64,000 nt of DNA from Phycisphaerae bacterium (lineage in GTDB: Bacteria; Planctomycetota; Phycisphaerae; UBA1845; Fen-1342): positions 1-64,000 of the forward strand of contig CAXXTC010000006.1 of assembly GCA_963666925.2 (NCBI GenBank), read 5' to 3'. The translations under genes were made by a program, and so were the position numbers. Below are positions 19,173 to 29,855 of the stretch, piece by piece; the stretch's first letter is position 1; each line of letters begins with the position of its first letter. The notes beneath the pieces were generated by a model, which was not told the origin of the DNA, made no database searches, and saw only the letters and a program-made list of their open reading frames with translations.

Positions 19173-22100
19173 CTACTTGCCGGCCAGCAACTCGACGAAG
19201 CCGTTGATGTCGTCGAAGTTCACCGTACCGTTGGCGTCAGTATCACCGTTCAGCCAGTTGCAGTCCGGATACTCCGCTTCGTACTCCGCCTGGCCAACCA
19301 TCGCCGTCACGAACGGATTGATGTCATCGAAGTTGACGTAGCCGTCGCAGTTCAGGTCGCCCGTGGCAACCTCGAACGGAACCACGCCCCACAGCTCAAT
19401 GTCATCAATGTTCCAGCCCGGATACGTCACCGACGTGTCCGTCTCGCCCATGACCCAGCGCACGTATACGGTCGCTGCGTTGTCCGCAACACCTGAGATG
19501 TCGAACACCTGCTGCGACCACGACGTGTCACTGATCGAGCTGTCCGTGTGCTCCCACACCATCGTCCAGGTCGTCCCGTCATTGGACACCTGCACGTTGG
19601 CGTGATCCCACGTCGCCGACTCGACACCCAACCAACGCCAGAAACGCAACTCGACGCCGGTCATGTCGCTACAGTCAATGGCAGTCGTCGTCAACGCGTA
19701 TTCCGGAATCTCATTCTCATAGTCACCGGCCAGGTTGTAACCGTAGACATTGTCGCCGGTGTAACCACTGGTCGGATCGTAGTTGTGTGAGCCGCCGCCG
19801 GTCGGAACACCAAAGGCCCAGTCGCCTTCGACGCTCCAGCCCGGATCCTCGTCCAGCATGAAGACGTGTACCGGCTGCGGGCCACCAACCGTGATGCTGA
19901 TCGTCGCCACGTTCGAGTCGCCGCCGTCCGGCGGGGTGCCGCCGTCGTTGACCATGAACGTAAACGCATCCGGGCCGGTGTAAGCGTAATCCGGGGCGTA
20001 ATTCACCATGTTCCCGGCAATCAGCGTGTACGGCACCGCGTCAATCACGCCGCCGTCCGGATCGCTCAGGTCGCCGTGCTCCGGCAACGACACGATCGTG
20101 TAAGTCAGCGCCGCTGGCGGATCGGGCAGACCGTCGTCGCTGGCCAGCAGCTCGATGTCGACCGGCTCGTTGACGTCGGTGAGGACTTCACCGCCCGCCG
20201 CGTACGGCGGCCGCGGACCACAACTCGGCATGTTCGACAGATCCGACTCGAAGTAGTCCGGATCCAGGCCTTCGCCTTCAGACAGACCGACCAGGCCGTC
20301 CACAACCGCGACGTCCAGGTAGCTCAACACAATCGTGCCGTCGAAGTACATCTCCACCTGGAAGGTGTTGCTGTTGCTTTCGCTGTACTCGGGGATGCCG
20401 TCCCACGTAACCACCATGCGGTCGGCCAATTGCTCATAGCTGACCGTGCCGCCGCTGCTGGGGTTGAAGTCATCAAAGATACCCGCGATCCGCGGCAGGC
20501 TGAAGTGGTCTTCGAGCGTCTCGGAGTAGGTCGTGTCCGAGGTGCCGAAGGTGATGTAGCCGTTGCTGCAAATGTAGAAACTGCTGTAGCTGACACCATA
20601 GAGGGACACGGTGTTGCCGCCGGTAATGGAGACTTCCGTGCTGGCATCATCACCCAGCGAGACGGTGGTGCCGCCGGCCGGATCGGTCGGCAGGCTGGTG
20701 ATCTCACCGACAACGCAGCCGGTGTAGAAGTCGGTCGGATTGCCCGGCACGAACATCAGGCTCAGGCCGGCCAAGTCAAAGTCAGTCTCGAACAGCTCGG
20801 TGAAGAAGTCCGGCACCTCCGGCGTGGTGAACATGTAGCACTGCGGATCAGTGCAGACGTTGCCGGCCTCATCAACCGCTTCGACCATGTAGTAATAGGT
20901 CGTGTTGTCCTGGAGCCCGGAGACTGCGACGACCGGGCTGGTCGCAAAGTCCGTCCCGATGGCCGTATCGTCCAGGCTATCACAGCTCAGTCCGTAGTGC
21001 ACGATGCCCTGGACCGGCTCGTCGGCATCAAACCCGATGATCGCGCTCCGCGGGGCCACATCCACCTCGTGCACGTTGCTGATCGTGGGCGGCGTACAGT
21101 CAACCGTCGCCGTAGCGGTCACGACCACGTCGTAGTTGCCCGCACCGTCGTCCGCATCAATGTACGTGACGGTGATGGTGTCGCCCGGGGCAACCCACAG
21201 CGTGCCGGCTGTGTCAGTCGTACTCACCGGCATGGTGCCGACGAACTGGGCGGCATCCGGCGCCACCTCGAAAAGCATAAGCTGCTCGACACCTGTCTCG
21301 GTATCGGAATCGACAGAGACCATCACGTTCTCAATGAGGTCATGGTCGGTATCGAGCCCGCAGTCGATCACGACGATTTCGATGGTGTCCTCGCAGGCAT
21401 ACTTGGTACGATCCAGCTCGACCACGCCGGCGTCAGAGCAGACGTCGTTGGCCGCATAGGCGTCCACGATGCCGTAGCCCAGCACGTAGAGCGGGTCGTA
21501 GGTACCGTTCGCCACGTAGTAGTCGGCCGTCTCGAACAGGTTCTCGCGCATCTGGTCAACGCTCCAGTACGGGCGCGCCTCGATCAGGCACGCCACGGCA
21601 CAGGCCACCAGCGGCGTCGAGAGCGACGTGCCGCTCGCGGTGGTGTAACCCGTGGTGCTGAAGGGGTCGACGGTATACGTGCTGCTGCCGCGGGCCAGCA
21701 CCTCAGGCTTGACCCGGCCATCAGCGGTCGGCCCGTCAGAGCTGAAGTAGACAATGTCGCCGGAGCTGTCCACCGCACCGCAGGTGATCACCTGGAAGCC
21801 GTCTGCCGGCGCAATGATGCTCGACGTGGACGGATCCGAGTCGTGGTACTCGTTGCCGGCCGCGTTGCAGTGGTGCACACCGGCGCCGGTCGAGATGTTG
21901 ACCGCGATGGTCGTGACGGCCGTCTGGCCATCCAGGTCATCCTGGGTGTACCAGTCGATGTAGCCGAGCGAAGAGGTGGTCATGTCGGCGCCGTTCTGCT
22001 CGATGAACTCGAGGCCGGCAACGTAGTTGTCCTCTTCAGCCTGGTATTCGCCGGTGGTGTCCTCGGTCTTGGCCAGGACGAACGACGCATTATACGCACC

Positions 22101-22988
22101 GCCGACCAGCGACCCGGGCAGATACGAGCCGATGCAGCCGAGAATCATGGTGCCGTGCTCGTGCTGGCTGGAAGGATCGCCCGTTTCCGGAGCAGCATTG
22201 GCATCGTCATCGACGAAGTCATACTCGGCAAGCACATTGACCACGTGCCCGGTCTGGTTAAACGCCTCGTGCGTGCGGGCAAAGCCCGTGTCGAGAATGC
22301 CAATGATGACGCCGGCTCCGGTGTAGCCCGCGTCGTGGAGATTAATCAGGTTGATCTGCTCGAGCTGGGCCTCCGTATAGCCATAGTCGAGCCCGCGGCC
22401 CTTGTTCGCGCCGGGGGCTGGCCCGTCGCCGATGTTCTGCTTGTCGATCAGGTCGATGCCTCGCGTGCGCCGCACGGCTTCGAGCCGATCAACGCAGGAC
22501 AGCCCGGCGATCTGCTTGGCTTGTTCGAGCGTAGCGTAGACGCTGACGGCGTTGAGCCACCGGCTGGTGACATGCAGCTCGGCGCCGGTCGCCGTAACCG
22601 CACCGATGTAGTCCGGCACGACCGGCAAATCGAGCTCACTGAAGACCTCGCCCGAGCGCATCGTCGCCGTCCCGCGCATTGCCCGCCGCTGAATCGCGCG
22701 CGGGTTGTACGTGCGGTGCAGGTCGGCCAGGGCGCAATCAAGCTGGGCTTGGCTGTGCACGCCCTTGTCTCGGAAAAACACCCAGGTCTTGGCCGGCCCA
22801 GGCTCCTGCGCCAGCCGATCGACCAGGGCGGAGCTCAGCTTGGCCGCCGGGCTGTCGACCTTGACACCCGCATCGAGCGCCGGCGCCTTGATGTCGTGAA
22901 CATCGCTGACGGCCGCCGGCACGACACAGAACAGGGCCGCAATGAGCGCGCACCCACACCACATACAATCACGTTTCGTCATGGACAT
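19173..22988 (-). CDS. Secreted S8 (subtilisin-like) peptidase with propeptide, several beta-sandwich/FN3-like domains and a C-terminal dockerin-like double EF-hand
   Basis: Signal peptide; ILDTG, HGT, AAGN, SGTSLSTP; tail GDLNCDGYVNFDDINPFV...GDTDANGTVNFDDINGFV. Confidence 0.9.
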   Translation of the reverse strand: MSMTKRDCMWCGCALIAALFCVVPAAVSDVHDIKAPALDAGVKVDSPAAKLSSALVDRLAQEPGPAKTWVFFRDKGVHSQAQLDCALADLHRTYNPRAIQRRAMRGTATMRSGEVFSELDLPVVPDYIGAVTATGAELHVTSRWLNAVSVYATLEQAKQIAGLSCVDRLEAVRRTRGIDLIDKQNIGDGPAPGANKGRGLDYGYTEAQLEQINLINLHDAGYTGAGVIIGILDTGFARTHEAFNQTGHVVNVLAEYDFVDDDANAAPETGDPSSQHEHGTMILGCIGSYLPGSLVGGAYNASFVLAKTEDTTGEYQAEEDNYVAGLEFIEQNGADMTTSSLGYIDWYTQDDLDGQTAVTTIAVNISTGAGVHHCNAAGNEYHDSDPSTSSIIAPADGFQVITCGAVDSSGDIVYFSSDGPTADGRVKPEVLARGSSTYTVDPFSTTGYTTASGTSLSTPLVACAVACLIEARPYWSVDQMRENLFETADYYVANGTYDPLYVLGYGIVDAYAANDVCSDAGVVELDRTKYACEDTIEIVVIDCGLDTDHDLIENVMVSVDSDTETGVEQLMLFEVAPDAAQFVGTMPVSTTDTAGTLWVAPGDTITVTYIDADDGAGNYDVVVTATATVDCTPPTISNVHEVDVAPRSAIIGFDADEPVQGIVHYGLSCDSLDDTAIGTDFATSPVVAVSGLQDNTTYYYMVEAVDEAGNVCTDPQCYMFTTPEVPDFFTELFETDFDLAGLSLMFVPGNPTDFYTGCVVGEITSLPTDPAGGTTVSLGDDASTEVSITGGNTVSLYGVSYSSFYICSNGYITFGTSDTTYSETLEDHFSLPRIAGIFDDFNPSSGGTVSYEQLADRMVVTWDGIPEYSESNSNTFQVEMYFDGTIVLSYLDVAVVDGLVGLSEGEGLDPDYFESDLSNMPSCGPRPPYAAGGEVLTDVNEPVDIELLASDDGLPDPPAALTYTIVSLPEHGDLSDPDGGVIDAVPYTLIAGNMVNYAPDYAYTGPDAFTFMVNDGGTPPDGGDSNVATISITVGGPQPVHVFMLDEDPGWSVEGDWAFGVPTGGGSHNYDPTSGYTGDNVYGYNLAGDYENEIPEYALTTTAIDCSDMTGVELRFWRWLGVESATWDHANVQVSNDGTTWTMVWEHTDSSISDTSWSQQVFDISGVADNAATVYVRWVMGETDTSVTYPGWNIDDIELWGVVPFEVATGDLNCDGYVNFDDINPFVTAMVGQAEYEAEYPDCNWLNGDTDANGTVNFDDINGFVELLAGK

Positions 22989-23199
22989 AACATCCATCTC
23001 CCTACCAGTTCGAGAAAAGGTTCCATCCCAATCGCACCTGCGCAGGCAAACATTGGCGGCAGGCATCGCCAACAACCACTTATCGTACCTCGCGAGCTAC
23101 CCCCGGAGCAAGCACAACCCGCCCGCCCACACGCGCCTGCACAGCCCCCCAGCACCCCCACCTGCTCCACAAGCCTATCGGACGGGCCTATCCCCCCCA

Positions 23200-25353
23200 T
23201 CAACTCTCAGCCTGACCCGCCAGAATGCTCACGAACCCGTCAATATCGTCGAAGTTGACGGCATCGTTCTCGTCACAGTCGGCATTCAGCCAGGCACAGT
23301 CCGGATAAATCGCTTCGTACTCCGCCTCCCCGACCAGCGCCAGCACAAAGCCATTGATATCGTCGAAATTCGTGTAGCCGTCACAATTCAGATCGCCCAC
23401 CGGCGGCACGATCACGCGGTTCACGAAAATGTCCGCGTCACCGTTCTGCGTCGAGATGTAGCAGGGATACGCGAAATTGCCGCCGAAGCCCAACCCGTTG
23501 TAGTCGCCCAGGAACTGCGAGCCAGGACGATCCAGGCCATCGTAGTAGCTGTCGAACGACTGCGGCGTCAGCCGATATTCGCTCCAGCTCGCCCCGCCAT
23601 CGGTGCTCAGGGAATACATCGCGTCAAACCGGCCATGGGTCGTGTCGTCGTCCTGGATCGTGTAGCGCGAATCATGAAAGACCAGATGCAGACGCCCATG
23701 CTGATCGACCTCAAGCCAGGGGAAGAACTGATCGCCGGGAGGATACGTGTCGTCGTTGAGGATGACAGGCGTAGACCACGACGTGCCCTGATCATCCGAC
23801 CTGGTGAAATACAGATCGACGTTGTAGTTGTCCCCACTGGTGGAGGTGGTATCGAAATAGACGGCGTAAAGCGTGCCATCGTTCGGGTCCACGGCCATGG
23901 CCGCCAACGGTGGCACGCGGAAATTCCCGGCAAAGCGCGAGCCATTTTGGGCATCCCAGGTATCCATGCGGACGGCAATCGTATGCGTTGTGAAACTCAG
24001 CCCGCCGTTGAAGCTGCGCCGGAGCTTGATGCCGTAGCTATTGTCCCAGTAGGCGACATACAACTCGCCGGCAGGACCGACGCGCGGCAGAAATCCCAAC
24101 CCGTAGCCCAGGTTCACCGGGCCGGCCCACGTCGCCCCCATATCGGTCGAACGCACCACGCCATCGTTCAGCGCCACGTACACGCGCGTCGCGCCGGAAT
24201 CTTCGGGGTCGATCCCGGCCGCCATCCAGCCCTTGTCCGCCCAGGCCGACTCATGCGCCATCACCGACGGCTCGAAGCTGGCTTCGCCGGCCTCCTTGCG
24301 CGCGACAAACACGCCACCGCCGGTGCCGAACGAAATCGCGCCGACCCACAGCGTCCCGGTGCGCTGGTCGAAGCAGGTCATCGGGTCGCCCTCGACGCCG
24401 GTCTGGTGGCCGGCCGGTGCCCGCACGAGAAAATCGGTCCAGGTCTCGCCGGCATCGTGACTGACGGCCACGCCCATGCGGACAACCTCGCTGCTGCCCG
24501 AATCACGCCAGTCATTCCACGACGCCACCACCTCTTGCGGGTTGGCATCAATGCCCGCACAGCTCGTCTCGTTGCAGGCTTCGATGCCCGCACCGACGTC
24601 CACACGCACCTGCGGGCCGACCTGCACCCCGCTGCCGGCCGATCGCGCGGTCGCGCTGTTGATATCCCCCCGCATCAGCCCGGGAAGCTGGGCCGGATAG
24701 GGCTCGCCCAGATCCTCGGCCACGCTCAGGTGCTGCCAGGCCAGATCGGTTTCCGCCAGGTAGTAATGCAAAACGGCCGCCCGCACATGCGCAAAGCCGT
24801 TATCGGGCTCCTGCTCCAGAACTTCGTTCAGCTCATCCACTGCCTCACGGAGCGCACCGCGGCGTTGTAGAGCGTCGGCCAGCCGAACACGCAATTCGAC
24901 ATTGTCACCATCCAGATCCAAACCAGTTCTGAAGGCAGCCTCCGCTTCATTCAACTTGCGCTTGCCCAAAAGCGATTCGCCCAGCCCCAGATAAAACTCG
25001 GCCTGGCTCGGATCGCGAATGACCGCCTGGGTAAACTGAGCCAGTGCACGAGTGCGGGCATTTCGACCAAGCAGATCGAGCCCGGACTCGTAAGTGGCCC
25101 ACGCCAGTTTGGCGTCGCCGCGCCCGGAAACGTCGGCCACTTCATCCTCAACGATAACCACCCGGCCGCTGTCATAACGCAACCCCCGCATTGCATCCCG
25201 CGTCCGCTGGCGACGGATATCAACCGGCGCCGTCACGTTACGCTCTGCCGACCGGCCAATCGAAGCTCGGCTCTCACGCCGATTCACATCCTGACAACCC
25301 GCCAGTGCAAGCGCAGCGCACCCGATAATTAAAAACCCACCACGGATAGACAT
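23200..25353 (-). CDS. Lipoprotein: TPR region, BNR/Asp-box (sialidase-like) propeller, C-terminal dockerin-like domain
   Basis: Lipobox LALAGC; Asp-boxes SHDAGETW, STDMGATW, SFNGGLSF, SDDQGTSW, STDGGASW; FLGDY; tail GDLNCDGYTNFDDINGFV. Confidence 0.85.
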   Translation of the reverse strand: MSIRGGFLIIGCAALALAGCQDVNRRESRASIGRSAERNVTAPVDIRRQRTRDAMRGLRYDSGRVVIVEDEVADVSGRGDAKLAWATYESGLDLLGRNARTRALAQFTQAVIRDPSQAEFYLGLGESLLGKRKLNEAEAAFRTGLDLDGDNVELRVRLADALQRRGALREAVDELNEVLEQEPDNGFAHVRAAVLHYYLAETDLAWQHLSVAEDLGEPYPAQLPGLMRGDINSATARSAGSGVQVGPQVRVDVGAGIEACNETSCAGIDANPQEVVASWNDWRDSGSSEVVRMGVAVSHDAGETWTDFLVRAPAGHQTGVEGDPMTCFDQRTGTLWVGAISFGTGGGVFVARKEAGEASFEPSVMAHESAWADKGWMAAGIDPEDSGATRVYVALNDGVVRSTDMGATWAGPVNLGYGLGFLPRVGPAGELYVAYWDNSYGIKLRRSFNGGLSFTTHTIAVRMDTWDAQNGSRFAGNFRVPPLAAMAVDPNDGTLYAVYFDTTSTSGDNYNVDLYFTRSDDQGTSWSTPVILNDDTYPPGDQFFPWLEVDQHGRLHLVFHDSRYTIQDDDTTHGRFDAMYSLSTDGGASWSEYRLTPQSFDSYYDGLDRPGSQFLGDYNGLGFGGNFAYPCYISTQNGDADIFVNRVIVPPVGDLNCDGYTNFDDINGFVLALVGEAEYEAIYPDCAWLNADCDENDAVNFDDIDGFVSILAGQAES

Positions 25354-25858
25354 TTTCCCAATCCTCCAGACCCAGGGGAGCCAACCCAACGCAACTGCCA
25401 ATCGACCTTCCTCGCCACCCTAGCGAATCCCCGGCCCAAGTGTCAACGAAAACCAAGCTGCCCCCGGCAGAATGGTGTGCCCCCAAACGACCTCCAGATG
25501 TCGGTTCCCGCACTTCTGCGGATACCCCCCCCCGAGCGACGCCGCCGGTTGTGCCCGTGCGGGATGGAGGCCCCATACACGCGGCGCCCGGCATCAACGC
25601 CAATCCGCCCCACAAACTGTTCAGGGTCAAAAGTAAGGGGGCATCCGCAGTGCGGCGTCGATCCAACCGCACGACATCGTTCTGGTCGTGCGAGAGACCG
25701 GCACGCACTGCCGATGCCCCACTTCAGGCGGTTCGACTAGGGTCGGCAGCTCGGTGGGCCAGCGCCACACCAGAGCCCGAATCGCAGGATTCGCTGGCCG
25801 CGTGCCCTCAGGACACCGGCCACCCGACCTCGCAAACGCGCCGTGCTGACAGGCGAGA

Positions 25859-26164
25859 TCAGCAGGCCGAACGCTTCGTCGCTGTACGACGAGCGGTCTT
25901 GCGCTTCTTGGTCGTCTTGCGCTTGGCGGTCTTCTTCGCCACCTTGCGCTTCTTGGTCGTCTTCTTCTTCGCGACCTTGCGCTTCTTGGTGGTCTTGCGC
26001 TTAGTCACTTTGCGCTTCGTGGTCTTCTTCTTGGCCACCTTGCGCTTCTTGGTCGTCTTCTTGGCGACCTTCCGCTTGGTCACTTTGCGCTTCGTGGTCT
26101 TCTTCTTCACCACTTTGCGCTTCTTCGTCGCCTTCTTCTTCGCGACTTTCTTCTTCTTGGCCAT
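25859..26164 (-). CDS. Histone H1/Hc2-like highly basic repeat protein
   Basis: 101 aa, 59 K/R by hand count, no acidic residue; GAGG RBS at 26173-26176; 34 nt downstream of smc on the same strand. Confidence 0.85.
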   Translation of the reverse strand: MAKKKKVAKKKATKKRKVVKKKTTKRKVTKRKVAKKTTKKRKVAKKKTTKRKVTKRKTTKKRKVAKKKTTKKRKVAKKTAKRKTTKKRKTARRTATKRSAC

Positions 26165-26198
26165 GGCGCAAACCTCACGTAAGGGAAACGGGAAACAA

Positions 26199-29100
26199 TC
26201 ACGCCACGCTGGGCGTGTTCACGCGATCCTCAAAGCGAACGCTGACACGCTTTGAAACTCCGGGCTCTTCCATCGTGATCCCATATAGCACATCGGCCCG
26301 AGCCATCGTCCGCTTGCTGTGAGTAATAACAACGAACTGAGACTGCGACAGAAAATCTGTCAGCACAATATTGAAGCGATCAACGTTCGATTCATCAAGG
26401 GCTGCGTCGACCTCATCTAAAATCGCAAATGGCGACGGCCGGCTCTTGAACACACCCATCAGCAACGCCACCGCCGTCATCGTCCGCTCACCACCAGACA
26501 GCAACGAGATCGACCGCGGCTCTTTCCCCGGAGGCCGCGCGATGATCTCGATTCCACACTCCAACGGATTTTCCGGCATCTCAAGGATAATATCGGCCTT
26601 CCCACCCCCGAAGAGTTTACGAAACATCTCCTGGAAGTTCTGACGGATCTGCTCAAACGCCGCCACAAAACGGGTCTGAGACTCCTCGTCCAACTCTTCG
26701 ATCAACGCCCCCAGACGCTCAACCGAGTCCTCCAGATCATCCCGCTGCTCAACCATCCGCTCGTAGCGCGGCGCAAGTTCCTCCAACTCGCTGATCGAGT
26801 CAAGGTTCACGTTGCCGAGCCGCGCGATCTTACCCCGCAAATCCTCTATTTCAGCCCGAATCTGCTCCCAATCCTGCTCGCAATGCTCGTAGTCCACGTA
26901 ACGCTCGGCCAGTTCCAACCCCAATTCCTCACGCACGCGGTCACTCAGCGCATCACGCTTCACCTCGGTCTCACGCAGCACAATTTCACGCTCGTGCCGC
27001 TCGCTCTCCAATTCCTCCGCCTCACGCTGCAAACGCCGCTCAATCGCGCCACATTCCTCGAGCTGCTGCCGCAACGTCTGACGCTGACTGCGCAGACCAA
27101 GCACCTCGCTCTGCCGAACTTCACAACGCTGACGTATTTCCGTCTGCCGCGCCCGAGACTCAGACAGATCCCTTTCCGCCACTTCGATCTGACCGGCAGC
27201 TTCCTCCGCCTCAAGTCGGGCCGCGTCCTGTTCCGCACCCATTGTCTCCAAACGCGCACGCAACTCCGCGACCGCCTCTTCAACCGCCGCTCGCTTCTCA
27301 GTCGTTCGACTGCGCTCCACCAGGGCGGCCGTGTGTTCCTCAGACAACCGCGTGAGCACCGCCTCCAGATCGCTCAGCTCGCCTCCCAGGGCATCAATCC
27401 GGGCTTCCTGCGCCTGCTGAGCCGCCTCGGCCGCCGAACGCTCCTGGAGCACGGCCACACGCCGCACCCCGATCTCGTTCCGCGCCCGCTCGGTCGCATC
27501 CAGTTCACTGCGCAACAGGTTCTGCTCACGCTCCAGCCGCTGCTCATCCTCTTCCAACCGCCGGGCCCCGCTGCGCAGCTCCGCCTGCTCACGCTGCATC
27601 GACGCCAGCTCCTGAATCAACGCCTCCTTGCGCAGTTCCACGTCTGCCCGCGCAGACGCCACCGCCTGACGCTGGCGCTGATACTGCTCCAGCCGGGTTT
27701 CAGCGTCGTCCAGCTCGCGCTGCAACTGGCGGATCTCAGCCTTCCGACTGATCAACCCGCTTTGAACCCCCGGGGTACCGTAGACCAGCCGACCATCGGT
27801 ATGAACGGTGTAGCCGTCCAGCGTGACGAACACACACGCCCCACGTGCCAGCCGTGCCAGTTCCGCCGCCCGCGACGCCGTCGCCACCACGAACACATGC
27901 CCCAGCAAATGCTCGGCCAGCGGGCGAAACTCATCCGCGCAGCGCACCCAGTCACTCGCCCGCGCCACGATATCGGACAGCGACGGATCGACCACCGGCC
28001 CATCGGCCTGGGGCAAACCCTCCAGGCTCAACACCCGCACCGGGCCCGCCAGCGCCCCACGCCGTTGAAGCTCTTCAAGAAATGTATCAGTGCGGCGGAC
28101 GACCACGTGGTTCTCGAACGTCGCCAGCACAGGCTGCAACAGGGCCACCCGCGGATCGTCGATCCGCAGCAAGTCGGCCACCAACCCGACCGTGTTCTCC
28201 GAGCCACCCTCCGCATCACGCCAGCCGAGCACCGCCTGCGTGCCGCGGTCTACGCCCGCCAAACGCTGCTCCAGATCACGGAGAATCTCCAGCCGGGAGA
28301 CGATCCCGCTGCGCTGCTCTTTCACGCGCCCGAGGTTTGCGTCCAGTTCTTCTGCCAGATCGTACAGATGGGCAAGACGCGTATCCTCGTCGCGCAGCGT
28401 GCTTCGGGCATCGTCCTGCTTCTGGTCCAACTCGCTGAGGCGCTGGTGCAGATCGCGCGCACGTTGCTGAACCGCTCCGCGCTGCCCGTCAATCTCCGCC
28501 AGCCGCCCCTGCTGGCCGTCCGCCTGCTCGCGTAGCCGCTGCTCCTGCTCCCCCAGATTCGTCAACTCGTTATCGAGCAGTGAAGACCTTCGAGCGTTTT
28601 CGAACGCTGATGTCCGCGCCTGTTCAAGTGCCTTGCGTGCCGCAACCGCCCCGGCCCGAGCCTGGTCGCGTTCCTGCTGCACTTCGGCGATGCGCCCGCT
28701 GCTGCGCTCCTCTGCCGCGCGCAGCCCGGTCACCGCCTGCTCCTCGTCCACCAGTCGGCGTTCGAGGTCGGCCACCCGTCCGTCCAACTCGCCCGCCTGT
28801 GCCCGCCGCCGATCACGCAGCACCGCCAACTCACTCAGCCGGCGTTCCAGCTGCGCCGTACGTTCTTCCAACGCGCTGCGCTCGGTCTGCATATCGAGCA
28901 CCGCCGCTTCCGTCTCCTGGATCCGATCATCCAGCGTTTGCAGCGCCCGTGATCGTTCGGCCGCGTCGGCGTCACGCTCGGCCAATTCGGCCCGCTTGGC
29001 CGCCAGCCGATCAACCAGGTCCTGCACCTCCTGGCGGAGGCGCTGACGCGTTTGTTCCAGCTCGTGATATTCAGCCATACAGAACGACGACCGCAGCTCG

Positions 29101-29771
29101 CGCAACCGACCGTCATACTGCTGGAAGTTGCGCGCCTTGCCGGCCGCCAGACGCACGCTCCGCAGCCGACGCTCAAGCTCCTCCAGGATGTCATGCAGAC
29201 GTAACAGGTTATTCTGTGTCCGCTCTAGCTTCCGCTGCGCTTCGATACGCCGGACCTTGTAGCGGCTGATGCCGGCGGCTTCCTCGAAGATCTCGCGTCG
29301 CTCGGCCGGGCTGGCCTGGAGCAACACATCCACCCGCCCCTGCTCGATCGCGCTGTAAGCATCCACCCCCACGCCCGTATCGAGCAGCAGGTCCCGAATA
29401 TCCTTCAGCCGACACACGTTCCCGTTGAGCCGATATTCACTTTCGCCACTCGCATACAGGCGCCGGCCAACCGTTACTTCCTCATCATCACACCGCAGGA
29501 TCCCCGTGCGATTATCGAACGTGAGCTGAACTTCGGCACATCGCGCCGGTTTCCGCGATCGCGATCCCGCGAAAATCACGTCCGACATCTTCGTCCCGCG
29601 CAGCGAACGCGGCGACTGCGTCCCCAGAACCCACCGCACTGCATCCAGCACGTTGCTTTTGCCGCAGCCGTTGGGCCCCACGATCGCGGTGATTCCCGGA
29701 CCGAAGTCCAGTTCAGTGCGATCCGCGAAGCTCTTGAACCCGTGGAGGACTATCCGCTTGAGAAACACCAT
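26199..29771 (-). CDS. smc: Chromosome segregation protein SMC
   Basis: GFKSF, GPNGCGKSN, coiled coils, hinge region, LSGGE, ILDEVDAALD, ITH. Confidence 0.97.
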   Translation of the reverse strand: MVFLKRIVLHGFKSFADRTELDFGPGITAIVGPNGCGKSNVLDAVRWVLGTQSPRSLRGTKMSDVIFAGSRSRKPARCAEVQLTFDNRTGILRCDDEEVTVGRRLYASGESEYRLNGNVCRLKDIRDLLLDTGVGVDAYSAIEQGRVDVLLQASPAERREIFEEAAGISRYKVRRIEAQRKLERTQNNLLRLHDILEELERRLRSVRLAAGKARNFQQYDGRLRELRSSFCMAEYHELEQTRQRLRQEVQDLVDRLAAKRAELAERDADAAERSRALQTLDDRIQETEAAVLDMQTERSALEERTAQLERRLSELAVLRDRRRAQAGELDGRVADLERRLVDEEQAVTGLRAAEERSSGRIAEVQQERDQARAGAVAARKALEQARTSAFENARRSSLLDNELTNLGEQEQRLREQADGQQGRLAEIDGQRGAVQQRARDLHQRLSELDQKQDDARSTLRDEDTRLAHLYDLAEELDANLGRVKEQRSGIVSRLEILRDLEQRLAGVDRGTQAVLGWRDAEGGSENTVGLVADLLRIDDPRVALLQPVLATFENHVVVRRTDTFLEELQRRGALAGPVRVLSLEGLPQADGPVVDPSLSDIVARASDWVRCADEFRPLAEHLLGHVFVVATASRAAELARLARGACVFVTLDGYTVHTDGRLVYGTPGVQSGLISRKAEIRQLQRELDDAETRLEQYQRQRQAVASARADVELRKEALIQELASMQREQAELRSGARRLEEDEQRLEREQNLLRSELDATERARNEIGVRRVAVLQERSAAEAAQQAQEARIDALGGELSDLEAVLTRLSEEHTAALVERSRTTEKRAAVEEAVAELRARLETMGAEQDAARLEAEEAAGQIEVAERDLSESRARQTEIRQRCEVRQSEVLGLRSQRQTLRQQLEECGAIERRLQREAEELESERHEREIVLRETEVKRDALSDRVREELGLELAERYVDYEHCEQDWEQIRAEIEDLRGKIARLGNVNLDSISELEELAPRYERMVEQRDDLEDSVERLGALIEELDEESQTRFVAAFEQIRQNFQEMFRKLFGGGKADIILEMPENPLECGIEIIARPPGKEPRSISLLSGGERTMTAVALLMGVFKSRPSPFAILDEVDAALDESNVDRFNIVLTDFLSQSQFVVITHSKRTMARADVLYGITMEEPGVSKRVSVRFEDRVNTPSVA

Positions 29772-29829
29772 GATCGGATTGATCCCAACTCGCGCTCGCA
29801 CAACAGATGTGACACACTACCGCCAGCGC

Positions 29830-29845
29830 GCACTATATCTTGTGC
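29830..29845. promoter_or_regulatory. Candidate NrdR box upstream of smc
   Basis: GCACTATATCTTGTGC resembles the NrdR consensus acaCwAtATaTwGtgt; weaker copy GCACAACAGATGTGAC 32 bp away (29798-29813). Confidence 0.5.
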
Positions 29846-29855
29846 CTCGGCGGCG

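Noticed and set aside
19866..24870. Long plus-strand ORFs (1130 aa and 642 aa)
   Set aside because: Antisense shadows of real high-GC minus-strand genes; no recognisable motifs
25440..26255. Plus-strand ORF with repetitive hydrophobic LRFLVVFF segments
   Set aside because: Mirror of the AAG-rich histone-like gene; the minus-strand ORF has the RBS and operon context
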